From assembly GCF_000981785.2 (NCBI RefSeq), contig NZ_CP011304.1:1140001-1172000 (forward strand): DNA of 32,000 nt, in the 5' to 3' direction. Shown here in pieces: positions 1-8,549 of the stretch (its first letter is position 1; the number at the start of each line of letters is the position of its first letter). The position numbers were made by a program, and so were the translations under genes. This DNA is from Microcystis aeruginosa NIES-2549. Lineage in GTDB: Bacteria; Cyanobacteriota; Cyanobacteriia; Cyanobacteriales; Microcystaceae. The notes below the pieces were generated by a model. The model did no database searches. It had not been told where the DNA came from and saw nothing but the letters and a program-made list of their open reading frames with translations.

Positions 1-744
1 GAACCGGCGGGGATGAGTTTAGCAGCCGCCGCGGGAAAACAGATCAAAAAAGTGGTTTTGGAGTTGGGAGGTAGTGATCCTTTTATCGTTTTAGATAGTG
101 CCGATATCGAGGCGGCAGCGGCTACGGCAGTGACGGCAAGATTGTTAAATAATGGTCAGACTTGTATCGCCGCTAAACGGTTTATTGTTATGGAAACTGT
201 CGCCGATCAATTTGAACAGTTATTGGTGGCTAAATTCCAAGCTTTAAAAGTTGGTGATCCCCTCGATGAAACTGTTGATATCGGTCCTTTGGCCACGGCA
301 TCGATCGTCTCGGAAATTGCCGCCCAAGTTGAAAAAACCGTCGCTATGGGTGGTAAAGTCCTTGTGGGGGGTCAACGTTTAGAGGGAAAAGGTAACTTCT
401 ATCTACCAACGATTTTAACCGATATTCCCGCCGGTTCTCCGGGGGAAAAAGAGGAATTTTTTGGACCTGTGGCTTTACTATTTCGAGTCAAAAATATCGA
501 AGAAGCGATCGCTTTAGCTAATGATAGTCCCTTTGGTTTGGGTTCTAGTGCTTGGACGAATAACCCCGCAGAAATTGAGCGTTTAATTACCGAAATTGAG
601 GCCGGTTGTGTGTTTATTAACGGTATGGTTAAATCCGATCCTCGTTTACCCTTTGGGGGGATTAAACGTTCCGGTTTTGGTCGCGAATTAAGTGTGGAAG
701 GTATTCGCGAATTTGTCAACGTTAAAACTGTTTGGATTAAGTAA
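1..744 (+). CDS. NAD(P)-dependent aldehyde dehydrogenase (succinate-semialdehyde dehydrogenase-like), C-terminal 247 aa; 5' end lies outside the window
   Basis: Frame 1 is open from base 1; the track ORF 13..744 only marks the first in-frame Met. ALDH signatures are present: ELGGSDP (catalytic Glu), [11 protein letters not shown] (catalytic Cys) and the C-terminal [13 protein letters not shown]. Stop TAA at 742-744. Confidence 0.85.
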   Translation, partial: EPAGMSLAAAAGKQIKKVVLELGGSDPFIVLDSADIEAAAATAVTARLLNNGQTCIAAKRFIVMETVADQFEQLLVAKFQALKVGDPLDETVDIGPLATASIVSEIAAQVEKTVAMGGKVLVGGQRLEGKGNFYLPTILTDIPAGSPGEKEEFFGPVALLFRVKNIEEAIALANDSPFGLGSSAWTNNPAEIERLITEIEAGCVFINGMVKSDPRLPFGGIKRSGFGRELSVEGIREFVNVKTVWIK

Positions 745-752
745 ATCAGTAG

Positions 753-778
753 GGTGGGTTAGCAACGCGTAACCCACC
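753..778 (+). terminator. Stem-loop downstream of the dehydrogenase gene (9-bp perfect stem, 8-nt loop); possible terminator
   Basis: GGTGGGTTA (753-761) pairs with TAACCCACC (770-778). It starts 9 nt after the stop codon. No T-run follows, so intrinsic-terminator function is uncertain. Confidence 0.35.
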
Positions 779-852
779 ACCATAACCAAAATCACTCACC
801 ATAATTATCGCTAGTTTACACTATCGAAGATCGCACCCTAGGGATTAAAAAT

Positions 853-3800
853 ATGCCGCGTATTATTGATAATATTGAGTCCCATTTATTGCCAATTTTA
901 CGCGAAAGTTTATTAGCATCCCAACGCGCTGATTTTTGTGTGGGTTATTTTAATTTGCGCGGTTGGCAGTCCATTGATACCTATATTGATCACTTTCTCG
1001 GTGGTGATTTGTCCTGTTGTCGTCTGCTGATTGGTATGCAGCAAGCACCCCAGGAATTACTACAGCAATCCCTGTCTTTATTGAAGCGCTCAAATGATAT
1101 AGATAAGGCTACTTGCGCTCGTTTAAGAAAACAAATTGTTCAGGATTTTTGCCAACAATTAACTTGGGGGAATCCTAGCAATCGAGATCAGGCAGCTTTG
1201 CAACGTTTGGGAAAACAAATTCAATCGGGTAAGTTAGTAATTCGCTTATTTTTGGGCTATAATCTCCATGCTAAATTATACCTTATTCATCGACAGGATG
1301 TCAATAACCCAACGGTGGGATTTTTGGGTAGTAGTAATCTAACTTTTGCGGGATTACAACAGCAGGGAGAATTAAATATTGATGTCCTTGACCACGATGC
1401 TTGTGCCAAATTACAAAAGTGGTTTAATGATCGTTGGTTGGATGCTTGGTGTTGGGATATATCCTCGGATATTGTCAAGGTGATTAACGAAAGTTGGGCC
1501 AGGGAAAGTCTTATTCCCCCCTATCATATCTATTTAAAAATAGCCTACCATCTTTCCTTTGAAGCGAGAGCCGGTTTAGCGGAATACAAAATTCCCCGAC
1601 AGTTTGACCAAGACTTACTAGATTTTCAGAAATCGGCCATTAAAATTGCCGCTCGTTATGTGCAAAGACGCGGTGGGGTATTAATTGGCGACGTGGTGGG
1701 GTTAGGAAAAACGCGCATCGCTTCCATTCTAGCATATATTTTGCAGGAAGACTACGATTTAGAAATCTTAATTATTTGTCCGAAAAATCTCCTAACCATG
1801 TGGGAGGATTACAGCTATAAATACAAATTAAGAGCGAAAATTATCCCCTTAAGTCAGGTTATACAGGAATTACCCAATCTGCGGCGCTATCGGGTAGTAA
1901 TTATCGATGAAAGTCATAACCTACGCAATCGGGAGGGTAAACGTTATCGGGTGATACAGGAGTACATTAACACCAATGAAAGTCGCTGTATTCTCTTGAC
2001 TGCGACTCCCTACAATAAAAACTATCTTGACCTGTCCAATCAACTGCGTTTATTCATTCAAGAGGATACTAATCTCGGAATTCGTCCCGAAAGACTACTA
2101 GAATCTCTGGGAGGAGAAATCGAATTTAATCGCAGATACCAATCTCCGGTTAGGTCTCTAGCAGCCTTTGAAAAAAGTGACTCTCCCGACGACTGGAGAG
2201 ACTTAATGCGTCTCTATATGATTAGACGGACTCGCGGTTTTATCGAAAATAATTATGCTACAGAAGACGAACAGGGTCGTCGGTATCTAAAATTTGCTGA
2301 TGGGTCGAGGGTTTATCTTCCCCAACGACAACTAAAGACAATCAAGTTTGACCTGCAAGACTCGGTTTATGCGCGTTTATATTCGGAAGCAGTGGTGATA
2401 ACTCTCAACGGATTGAAGTTACCCCGTTACGGATTGGGAAATTATCTAATTAAAGGATGCCAAGGGACAGGAGAGGAAGAAACCATCTTAAAAAGTCTAT
2501 CCCGTGCGGGTAAAGGATTAATGGGTTTTTGTCGGACGAATTTATTTAAACGTTTGGAGAGTGGAGGGTATGCTTTCCTGCAATCCCTTGACCGTCATAT
2601 TCTCCGTAACTATATTTTCCTTCATGCCATGGCCAATAATTTACCCCTTCCCATCGGGAGTCAGGATCCAGCTTTGTTAGACACTCGTTATCTGGATGAG
2701 GATTTAGTCACTCAGGGAGAAGATGAAAGTATAGAAACCGAGGAGACTGGGGGGATAACCGGATTAGAAAAAGAGTATCAAAAAAGAGCCGAACAAGTGT
2801 ATCAAAAGTATAGCGGTGATTATCGCAAGCGCTTTCAGTGGATTAACCCCGAGGTGTTTAAACCCGCATTGAAAAAAGACCTAAAATCCGATGCCTTGGC
2901 TTTAATAGCATTATTGCAAACCTGTGGGACCTGGCAGCCGGAGACCGACGAAAAGCTAGAGAAGTTATGGCAGCTGTTAGAGGAGAATCATCCCAGAGAA
3001 AAGGTGTTAATTTTTAGCCAATTTGCCGATACAGTCAGTTATTTAGTCACTCAGTTGCAAAATCGGGGAGTGGATAAGATTGCGGGAGTGACGGGAAACT
3101 CTGCTAATCCTGCGGAAATGGTCCATCGTTTTAGTCCCCGCAGTAATTCTCAGCAAGTGGGGGAAGAAATACGAGTCTTGGTTGCGACGGATATCCTTAG
3201 TGAAGGGTTAAATTTACAGGATTGTGCCATTATCGTTAATTATGACCTACCCTGGGCAATTATTCGCCTGATTCAACGGGCCGGAAGGGTAGATAGAATC
3301 GGTCAAAAAGCAAGTCAGATTCTCTGTTATTCCTTTTTACCTGCGGAGGGAGTGGAGAGAATTATTAAACTGCGGACGAGACTATCTCAAAGACTGCGAG
3401 AGAATGCGGACGTGGTGGGGACCGATGAGGTATTTTTTGAGGAGGAGATGGATAACCAGACTTTATTAGATCTGTATCATGAAAAATCTGAGGTTATCGA
3501 TGAGGAGGAGGATCAAGAAGTGGATTTAACCTCGGAAGCGTATCAAATTTGGAAAAATGCGATCGAAGTTGACCCTAGTTTAAAACATACCATAGAGACT
3601 CTGCCGCCGGTGGTTTATTCTACCCGTTGCCATAGTGGGACAGCAACCCATCCGGAGGGAGTCATGGTTTATCTAAAAACTGCCGGGGGGAATGATGCTT
3701 TAGCATGGATTGATAAGCAGGGAAATAGTGTGACTCAATCCCAATTAACTATTTTACGGTCCGCTGCCTGTCATCCCCAAACCCCGGCCATTCCCCCCCA

Positions 3801-4182
3801 TCCCCAACACCATCAGTTAGTACAAAAAGGTACAGAATTAATTGCGGAGGAGGAAAACAACTCCGGATCTAAATTGGGACGATTGACGGGAGCAAAATTT
3901 AAGACCTACGAGCGCTTAAAAAGGTATTCTCAAGATAGTAAGGATGATCTGTTTGCTCATGAGGATTTATGCAAGGCTCTCGACCAATTGTATCATTATC
4001 CCCTCAGACAGTCGGCTCTCGATCGCTTAAATCGTGGTTTAAGAACCGGCATCAGTGACCGACAATTGGCAGACTTACTGGTATCTTTATATAAAGATGA
4101 CCGTCTCTGTATTGTTCACCCACAAGAATCCACCCAAGAACCTCAGATTATTTGTTCCTTGGGTTTATTTCAACCCTCTTAA
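853..4182 (+). CDS. PLD-family (single HKD) nuclease domain fused to an SNF2/DEAD-like superfamily-2 ATPase, with about 330 aa of uncharacterised C-terminal region
   Basis: ATG at 853. The N-terminus has H139-A-K141...G159-S-S-N162 (NLHAKLYLIH...GFLGSSNLT), an HxK...GSxN PLD nuclease signature present only once. Helicase motifs: GDVVGLGKTRIA (Walker A), VIIDESHNLRN (DExH), LLTATPYNK (III), LVATDILSEGLNLQ (V), QRAGRVDRIGQ (VI). Confidence 0.85.
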   Translation: MPRIIDNIESHLLPILRESLLASQRADFCVGYFNLRGWQSIDTYIDHFLGGDLSCCRLLIGMQQAPQELLQQSLSLLKRSNDIDKATCARLRKQIVQDFCQQLTWGNPSNRDQAALQRLGKQIQSGKLVIRLFLGYNLHAKLYLIHRQDVNNPTVGFLGSSNLTFAGLQQQGELNIDVLDHDACAKLQKWFNDRWLDAWCWDISSDIVKVINESWARESLIPPYHIYLKIAYHLSFEARAGLAEYKIPRQFDQDLLDFQKSAIKIAARYVQRRGGVLIGDVVGLGKTRIASILAYILQEDYDLEILIICPKNLLTMWEDYSYKYKLRAKIIPLSQVIQELPNLRRYRVVIIDESHNLRNREGKRYRVIQEYINTNESRCILLTATPYNKNYLDLSNQLRLFIQEDTNLGIRPERLLESLGGEIEFNRRYQSPVRSLAAFEKSDSPDDWRDLMRLYMIRRTRGFIENNYATEDEQGRRYLKFADGSRVYLPQRQLKTIKFDLQDSVYARLYSEAVVITLNGLKLPRYGLGNYLIKGCQGTGEEETILKSLSRAGKGLMGFCRTNLFKRLESGGYAFLQSLDRHILRNYIFLHAMANNLPLPIGSQDPALLDTRYLDEDLVTQGEDESIETEETGGITGLEKEYQKRAEQVYQKYSGDYRKRFQWINPEVFKPALKKDLKSDALALIALLQTCGTWQPETDEKLEKLWQLLEENHPREKVLIFSQFADTVSYLVTQLQNRGVDKIAGVTGNSANPAEMVHRFSPRSNSQQVGEEIRVLVATDILSEGLNLQDCAIIVNYDLPWAIIRLIQRAGRVDRIGQKASQILCYSFLPAEGVERIIKLRTRLSQRLRENADVVGTDEVFFEEEMDNQTLLDLYHEKSEVIDEEEDQEVDLTSEAYQIWKNAIEVDPSLKHTIETLPPVVYSTRCHSGTATHPEGVMVYLKTAGGNDALAWIDKQGNSVTQSQLTILRSAACHPQTPAIPPHPQHHQLVQKGTELIAEEENNSGSKLGRLTGAKFKTYERLKRYSQDSKDDLFAHEDLCKALDQLYHYPLRQSALDRLNRGLRTGISDRQLADLLVSLYKDDRLCIVHPQESTQEPQIICSLGLFQPS

Positions 4183-4830
4183 GTCCCCCTTATCAAGGGG
4201 GATTTAGGGGTATCTAACCAATTCAAGGGGGATTTAGGGGGATCAAACCAATTCAAGTCCCCCAATTCAAGGGGGATTTAGGGGTATCTAAACCAATTCA
4301 AGTCCCCCTTATCAAGGGGGATTTAGGGGTATCTAAACCAATTCAAGTCCCCCTTATCAAGGGGGATTTAGGGGTATCTAAACCAATTCAAGTCCCCCTT
4401 ATCAAGGGGGATTTAGGGGTATCTAAACCAATTCAAGTCCCCCTTATCAAGGGGGATTTAGGGGTATCTAAACCAATTCAAGTCCCCCTTATCAAGGGGG
4501 ATTTAGGGGTATCTAAACCAATTCAAGTCCCCCTTATCAAGGGGGATTTAGGGGGATCAAACCAATTCAAGTCCCCCTTATCAAGGGGGATTTAGGGGTA
4601 TCTAAACCAATTCAAGTCCCCCTTATCAAGGGGGATTTAGGGGTATCTAAACCAATTCAAGTCCCCCTTATCAAGGGGGATTTAGGGGGATCAAACCAAT
4701 TCAAGTCCCCCTTATCAAGGGGGATTTAGGGGTATCTAAACCAATTCAAGTCCCCCTTATCAAGGGGGATTTAGGGGGATCAAACCAATTCAAGTCCCCC
4801 TTATCAAGGGGGATTTAGGGGGATCAAACC
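4181..4830. repeat. 650-bp tandem array of a 44/45-bp unit, each unit carrying the hairpin CCCCCTT-ATC-AAGGGGG
   Basis: Twelve regular head-to-tail units run from 4300 to 4830, starting at 4300, 4345, 4390, 4435, 4480, 4525, 4569, 4614, 4659, 4703, 4748 and 4792. There are two variants: A is 45 bp (...GGGGTATCTAAACC...) and B is 44 bp (...GGGGGATCAAACC...). Their order is AAAAABAABABB. They are preceded by 119 bp of rearranged partial units (4181-4299). The array starts inside the upstream stop codon (TAA 4180-4182). Confidence 0.95.
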
Positions 4831-4907
4831 TTTTACTATATTAAATGTATCTCCAATCTCAGCGAAGCGAATTGGATTAGTTCATAATTTATCGATATTT
4901 ATCCATT

Positions 4908-7900
4908 ATGCCCCTCAACTTCTCCCGGACTCGTGACTTATTATCTAACTTCCAATTTGGGGAACTGTTTATCGAGGAATTGGGATGGTCTCATCCTCGC
5001 GCAAAAAAAACTGTTAGTATCACCGTTGACAACCAAGAATATCCCTGTCAACGGATTGCGGAAGTGTCCGGAGTAGCAGTATTAGAGGTGACAACTACCG
5101 ATATACCCGATGCGAAACTTCGTCGGGACATTCACCAGCAAGTTATCGAAAGAATTGCCGAAAATCTGCTAATTTTCGTCGATGGGGGACGGACACGCAG
5201 TTTATGGTACTGGGTAAAAAGAGAGGGAAGTAAAAGTTATATCCGTGACCATCTTTATATAAAAGGACAACCGGGAGATTTATTTCTCGGTAAACTAGCG
5301 GAATTAGTCCTCGATATCACCGACTTTGAAGATGGGGAACCCTCCGTGGTGGAGGTGGCCCATCGCTTACAAAAAGGTTTCGATATCGAAAAGATTACCA
5401 AGAAATTTTATCAGGAATTTCAGCGAGAGCATTTACAGTTCCTCCCCTTTATCCAAGGAATCGATCGAGAAAGCGATCGAAAATGGTACACTTCGGTTAT
5501 TCTCAATCGTTTAATGTTCGTCTATTTCCTGCAGCGCAAGGGATTTATCGATAACGACTTCAACTATCTGCAAAACCAATTACAAGCAAGTCAACGACGC
5601 GGGAAAAATTTATTTTATCGTCAGTTTCTGCAAACCCTCTTTTTCCAAGCATTCGCTCAACCGGAATCCCAACGAGATGAGACAGTAACTGCATTGGTGG
5701 GAAAAGTCAAATATCTTAACGGAGGATTATTTCTCCAACATCCCCTCGAAAATCTTTATCAAAACATTTATATTGATGACCAAGCATTTGAGAATATCCT
5801 CGATTTATTCTCCCGTTACTCTTGGAACCTTGACGACACTCCGGGGGGAAGCGATGACGAAATTAACCCCGATGTTTTGGGATATATCTTTGAAAAGTAT
5901 ATCAACCAAAAAGCTTTCGGTGCTTACTATACCCGTCCGGAGATTACTGAATATCTCTGTGATAGGACGATTAATAAATGGATTGTCGAGAGAAGCAATC
6001 AACATTATCCCCGCAAACAATTTGCCAGTATTTCTGAACTACTAATTAATCTCGATTCTCCCCTCTGTCAGCTTCTGATTGAAGATATTCTTCCCCAGCT
6101 TTCTATTTTAGACCCTGCCTGTGGTTCCGGTGCTTTTTTAGTGGCTGCGATGAAGACATTAATCGGAATTTATAGCGCGGTGATTGGGACAATTGAACTA
6201 CGGGGAGACAGTAAATTAAAACAGTGGTTAACAGAGGTAAGAAAATCCCATCCCTCCCTCGGATATTACATCAAAAAAAGAATTATTTCCGATAATCTCT
6301 ACGGTGTCGATATCATGGAGGAAGCAACGGAAATCGCAAAACTGCGTTTATTTCTCGCTTTAGTTGCTGCCGCACAATCGGTGACAGAATTGGAACCCTT
6401 ACCGAATATTGATTTTAATATCATGTCGGGAAATTCCCTCATCGGGTTAATTCGCGTGGACGAAAAAAGTTTTAATCTCATGGGAGAGGAAAACATTCTG
6501 CAAACCCTCACCGCGCAAAATTATCAGGCAATTCTCGCAGAAAAAAACCGCAGTATTGAATTATACAAAGAACACGCTTTTCGGTTGGGAGAAGTAGAGG
6601 GAACCCCCCAAGAAAACCGTCTCCAGATGTTACGCAATCACATCGAGGATGTCAACCGCGAATCGGTGCAGAAATTAAACCAAATTCTCTTAGATGAGTT
6701 TAGCGGTAAGTTGTCAATTAAGTACGAATCCGCACAATTAACGGGAAAAGCAAAGAAACGTTTATTAACTCTTTCTGATATGCAGTCCCTGAAACCCTTC
6801 CACTGGGGTTATCACTTCGATAAACTGATTACAGAAAAAGGTGGTTTTGATGTGATTATCACCAATCCCCCTTGGGAAGTCTTTAAACCCCAAGCGAAAG
6901 AATTTTTTTCTCAGCATAGCGACTTGGTGACTAAAAATAAAATGGACATCAAGACGTTTGAAAAGGAACAGAAAAAACTGTTAACTAATCCCGAAATTGC
7001 TCAAGCATGGTTAGAATATCAAAGTCAATACCCCCACGTTAGTCTCTATTTTCGTTCCTCGGAACAATATAAAAATCAAATCTCTCTTGTCAATGGTAAA
7101 AAGCAAGGGACAGATATTAATCTCTATAAGCTTTTTGTTGAACAATGTTTTAATCTCCTCCATCCCCAGGGAGAATGTGGAATAGTTGTTCCCAGTGGAA
7201 TTTATACCGATTTAGGAACCAAACAACTGCGAGAAATGTTATTTTCTCAGACAAACGTGACAGGATTATTTTGTTTTGAAAATCGTAAAACAATTTTTGA
7301 AGGTGTAGATAGTCGCTTTAAGTTTGTCATTCTAACTTTTGAGAAAAATAAACAAACTCTTTCCTTTCCTGTGGAATTTATGCGTCACGATGTTGAGGAA
7401 TTACAACGTTTTCCCCATAAAGATAGTTTAGTAATTAGCGTCGATTTAATCCGCAAACTATCCCCCGATTCCCTCTCGGTGATGGAATTTAAACAAGATA
7501 TAGATATTCATATCGCTGAAAAAATGTCTCGTTTTCCCCTGCTAGGGGAAACCCTTCCCGATACATGGAATCTCAAGTTAACTCGCGAATTTGATATGAC
7601 TAATGATAGTCATTTATTTAAAACTGAACCCGCAAAGGGAAGACTACCCCTCTACGAAGGAAAAATGATTCATCAATTCACCCATCGGTATGCTTTACCG
7701 AAATACTGGTTAGATGAAAAGGAAGCAAGACAAGCTTTATTAAAACGCGGTGAAGTCGATAAAGGTCAAATCTTGGACTATCAAACCTATCGTTTAGGAT
7801 TTCGTGATGTTGCTAGAAATACGGATATTAGAACTATGATAGCTACAATTTTACCTCCTAATTCATTTTGTGGCAATACAATAAGTTTAGAAAAAAATGA

Positions 7901-8324
7901 GAAGCAAGTAGCTATAAGTTTAAAAGAAAAATGTTATCTATTATCCATTTTTAATAGTTTTGTTTTTGATAGAAGCATCAGAGATAAAGTGACATCTCAT
8001 TTATCATTCTTTTATGTTTATCAGAACCCTATCCCCCGATTAAAAGAGGGAGATAAATACTTTCAGGAGATAGTAGAAAATGCGGCAAAATTGATTTGTA
8101 CTACAGAAGAATTTGAGCAATTAGCGAAAGAAGTGGGGATAGGCTCCCATAAAAATGGAGTAACAGAAGAAGCAGAAAGAATGGCAATTAGAGCGAAATT
8201 AGATGCAATAATTGCCCACTTGTATGAATTAACCCTAACAGAATTTCAACATATATTAACTACCTTTCCCCTCGTCCCCGAAAGCGTCAAAACTGCCACC
8301 CTCAAAGCTTATCAAACCCTGTAG
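4908..8324 (+). CDS. Large gamma-class N6-adenine DNA methyltransferase (Eco57I/type IIG-like MTase plus C-terminal specificity region) with no recognisable nuclease motif
   Basis: ATG at 4908. SAM-binding motif I ILDPACGSGAFLVAA (about 6108-6140) precedes catalytic motif IV IITNPPW (NPPW at 6864-6875). This motif order indicates the gamma class. The C-terminal region has CYLLSIFNSFVFD, resembling the LLxxLNS motif of type IIG/BREX-type methylases. No PD-(D/E)xK pattern was seen by eye in the N-terminal 130 aa. Confidence 0.8.
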   Translation: MPLNFSRTRDLLSNFQFGELFIEELGWSHPRAKKTVSITVDNQEYPCQRIAEVSGVAVLEVTTTDIPDAKLRRDIHQQVIERIAENLLIFVDGGRTRSLWYWVKREGSKSYIRDHLYIKGQPGDLFLGKLAELVLDITDFEDGEPSVVEVAHRLQKGFDIEKITKKFYQEFQREHLQFLPFIQGIDRESDRKWYTSVILNRLMFVYFLQRKGFIDNDFNYLQNQLQASQRRGKNLFYRQFLQTLFFQAFAQPESQRDETVTALVGKVKYLNGGLFLQHPLENLYQNIYIDDQAFENILDLFSRYSWNLDDTPGGSDDEINPDVLGYIFEKYINQKAFGAYYTRPEITEYLCDRTINKWIVERSNQHYPRKQFASISELLINLDSPLCQLLIEDILPQLSILDPACGSGAFLVAAMKTLIGIYSAVIGTIELRGDSKLKQWLTEVRKSHPSLGYYIKKRIISDNLYGVDIMEEATEIAKLRLFLALVAAAQSVTELEPLPNIDFNIMSGNSLIGLIRVDEKSFNLMGEENILQTLTAQNYQAILAEKNRSIELYKEHAFRLGEVEGTPQENRLQMLRNHIEDVNRESVQKLNQILLDEFSGKLSIKYESAQLTGKAKKRLLTLSDMQSLKPFHWGYHFDKLITEKGGFDVIITNPPWEVFKPQAKEFFSQHSDLVTKNKMDIKTFEKEQKKLLTNPEIAQAWLEYQSQYPHVSLYFRSSEQYKNQISLVNGKKQGTDINLYKLFVEQCFNLLHPQGECGIVVPSGIYTDLGTKQLREMLFSQTNVTGLFCFENRKTIFEGVDSRFKFVILTFEKNKQTLSFPVEFMRHDVEELQRFPHKDSLVISVDLIRKLSPDSLSVMEFKQDIDIHIAEKMSRFPLLGETLPDTWNLKLTREFDMTNDSHLFKTEPAKGRLPLYEGKMIHQFTHRYALPKYWLDEKEARQALLKRGEVDKGQILDYQTYRLGFRDVARNTDIRTMIATILPPNSFCGNTISLEKNEKQVAISLKEKCYLLSIFNSFVFDRSIRDKVTSHLSFFYVYQNPIPRLKEGDKYFQEIVENAAKLICTTEEFEQLAKEVGIGSHKNGVTEEAERMAIRAKLDAIIAHLYELTLTEFQHILTTFPLVPESVKTATLKAYQTL

Positions 8325-8382
8325 GGGAATTATGAATGATGAAGTGGGGAAATTGAACTAAAACCCCATAAACCCCCAAAGG

Positions 8383-8410
8383 GTAGGGTTGATTCATGAA
8401 TCAACCCTAC
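8383..8410. repeat. 28-bp perfect palindrome GTAGGGTTGATTCATGAATCAACCCTAC
   Basis: The sequence is exactly self-complementary. It consists of two inverted copies of the 13-mer GAATCAACCCTAC around a central AT. It lies 59 nt after the MTase stop and 10 nt from the tRNA-Arg 3' end. An identical copy sits at 28168-28195. Confidence 0.95.
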
Positions 8411-8419
8411 ATTACTTAA

Positions 8420-8492
8420 CGAGTACGGAGGGAGTCGAACCCCCGACACCCAGGACCGGAACCTGGTGCTCTATCCTCTGAGCTACGTACCC
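8420..8492 (-). tRNA. tRNA-Arg (anticodon CCG)
   Basis: Manual cloverleaf on the minus strand: GGGTACG-TA-GCTC-AGAGGATA-GAGC-A-CCAGG-TTCCGGT-CCTGG-GTGTC-GGGGG-TTCGACT-CCCTC-CGTACTC. All stems pair, with two G-U pairs. It has a TTCGA T-loop and the anticodon loop is UU-CCG-GU. CCA is not encoded. Confidence 0.9.
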
Positions 8493-8549
8493 ACGATAAA
8501 ATACTATTACATTATACCACTAGCCGGCGCAGTAGAGCAGAAATTTCCC

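Noticed and set aside
399-719. Antisense or alternate-frame ORFs inside larger genes: 399..719, 1287..1478, 5326..5514, 5773..6045, 5805..6020, 6299..6511, 8891..9112, 9762..9956, 12050..12238, 12197..12532, 15553..15765, 16414..16704, 21893..22105, 24200..24439, 25784..26005, 26675..26872, 26983..27177, 28898..29089 and 29997..30371.
   Set aside because: All are nested in or opposite to long ORFs with clear family motifs. They have low-complexity or atypical composition and no recognisable motifs, so they are shadow ORFs.
4181-4830. A possible CRISPR array: a regularly spaced palindromic repeat of about 28 nt with 16-17-nt intervening segments.
   Set aside because: The intervening segments are essentially identical, with only two variants, so there are no unique spacers. 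The period of 44/45 bp is too short, and no cas genes are in the window. It is a plain tandem repeat.
4872-4901. A separate sigma70 promoter for the methylase (TTGGAT, 17-18 nt spacer, ATATTT/TATTTA).
   Set aside because: The -10 match is poor, and the predicted TSS would sit only a few nt from the ATG. It is not strong enough to list as a feature and is mentioned only as something TSS mapping could test.
853-8324. Calling the locus a canonical DISARM, BREX or type I/III system.
   Set aside because: No DrmA or DrmB (DUF1998), PglZ, BrxC, BrxL, HsdS, HsdR or Res-type PD-(D/E)xK helicase gene is present anywhere in the window. Only the domain vocabulary overlaps, so it is reported as an unclassified candidate.
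8466-8549. An N-terminal extension of SurE from GTG 8466 ([10 protein letters not shown]...).
   Set aside because: It overlaps the tRNA-Arg gene on the opposite strand (8420-8492). The canonical SurE N-terminus begins at ATG 8550.
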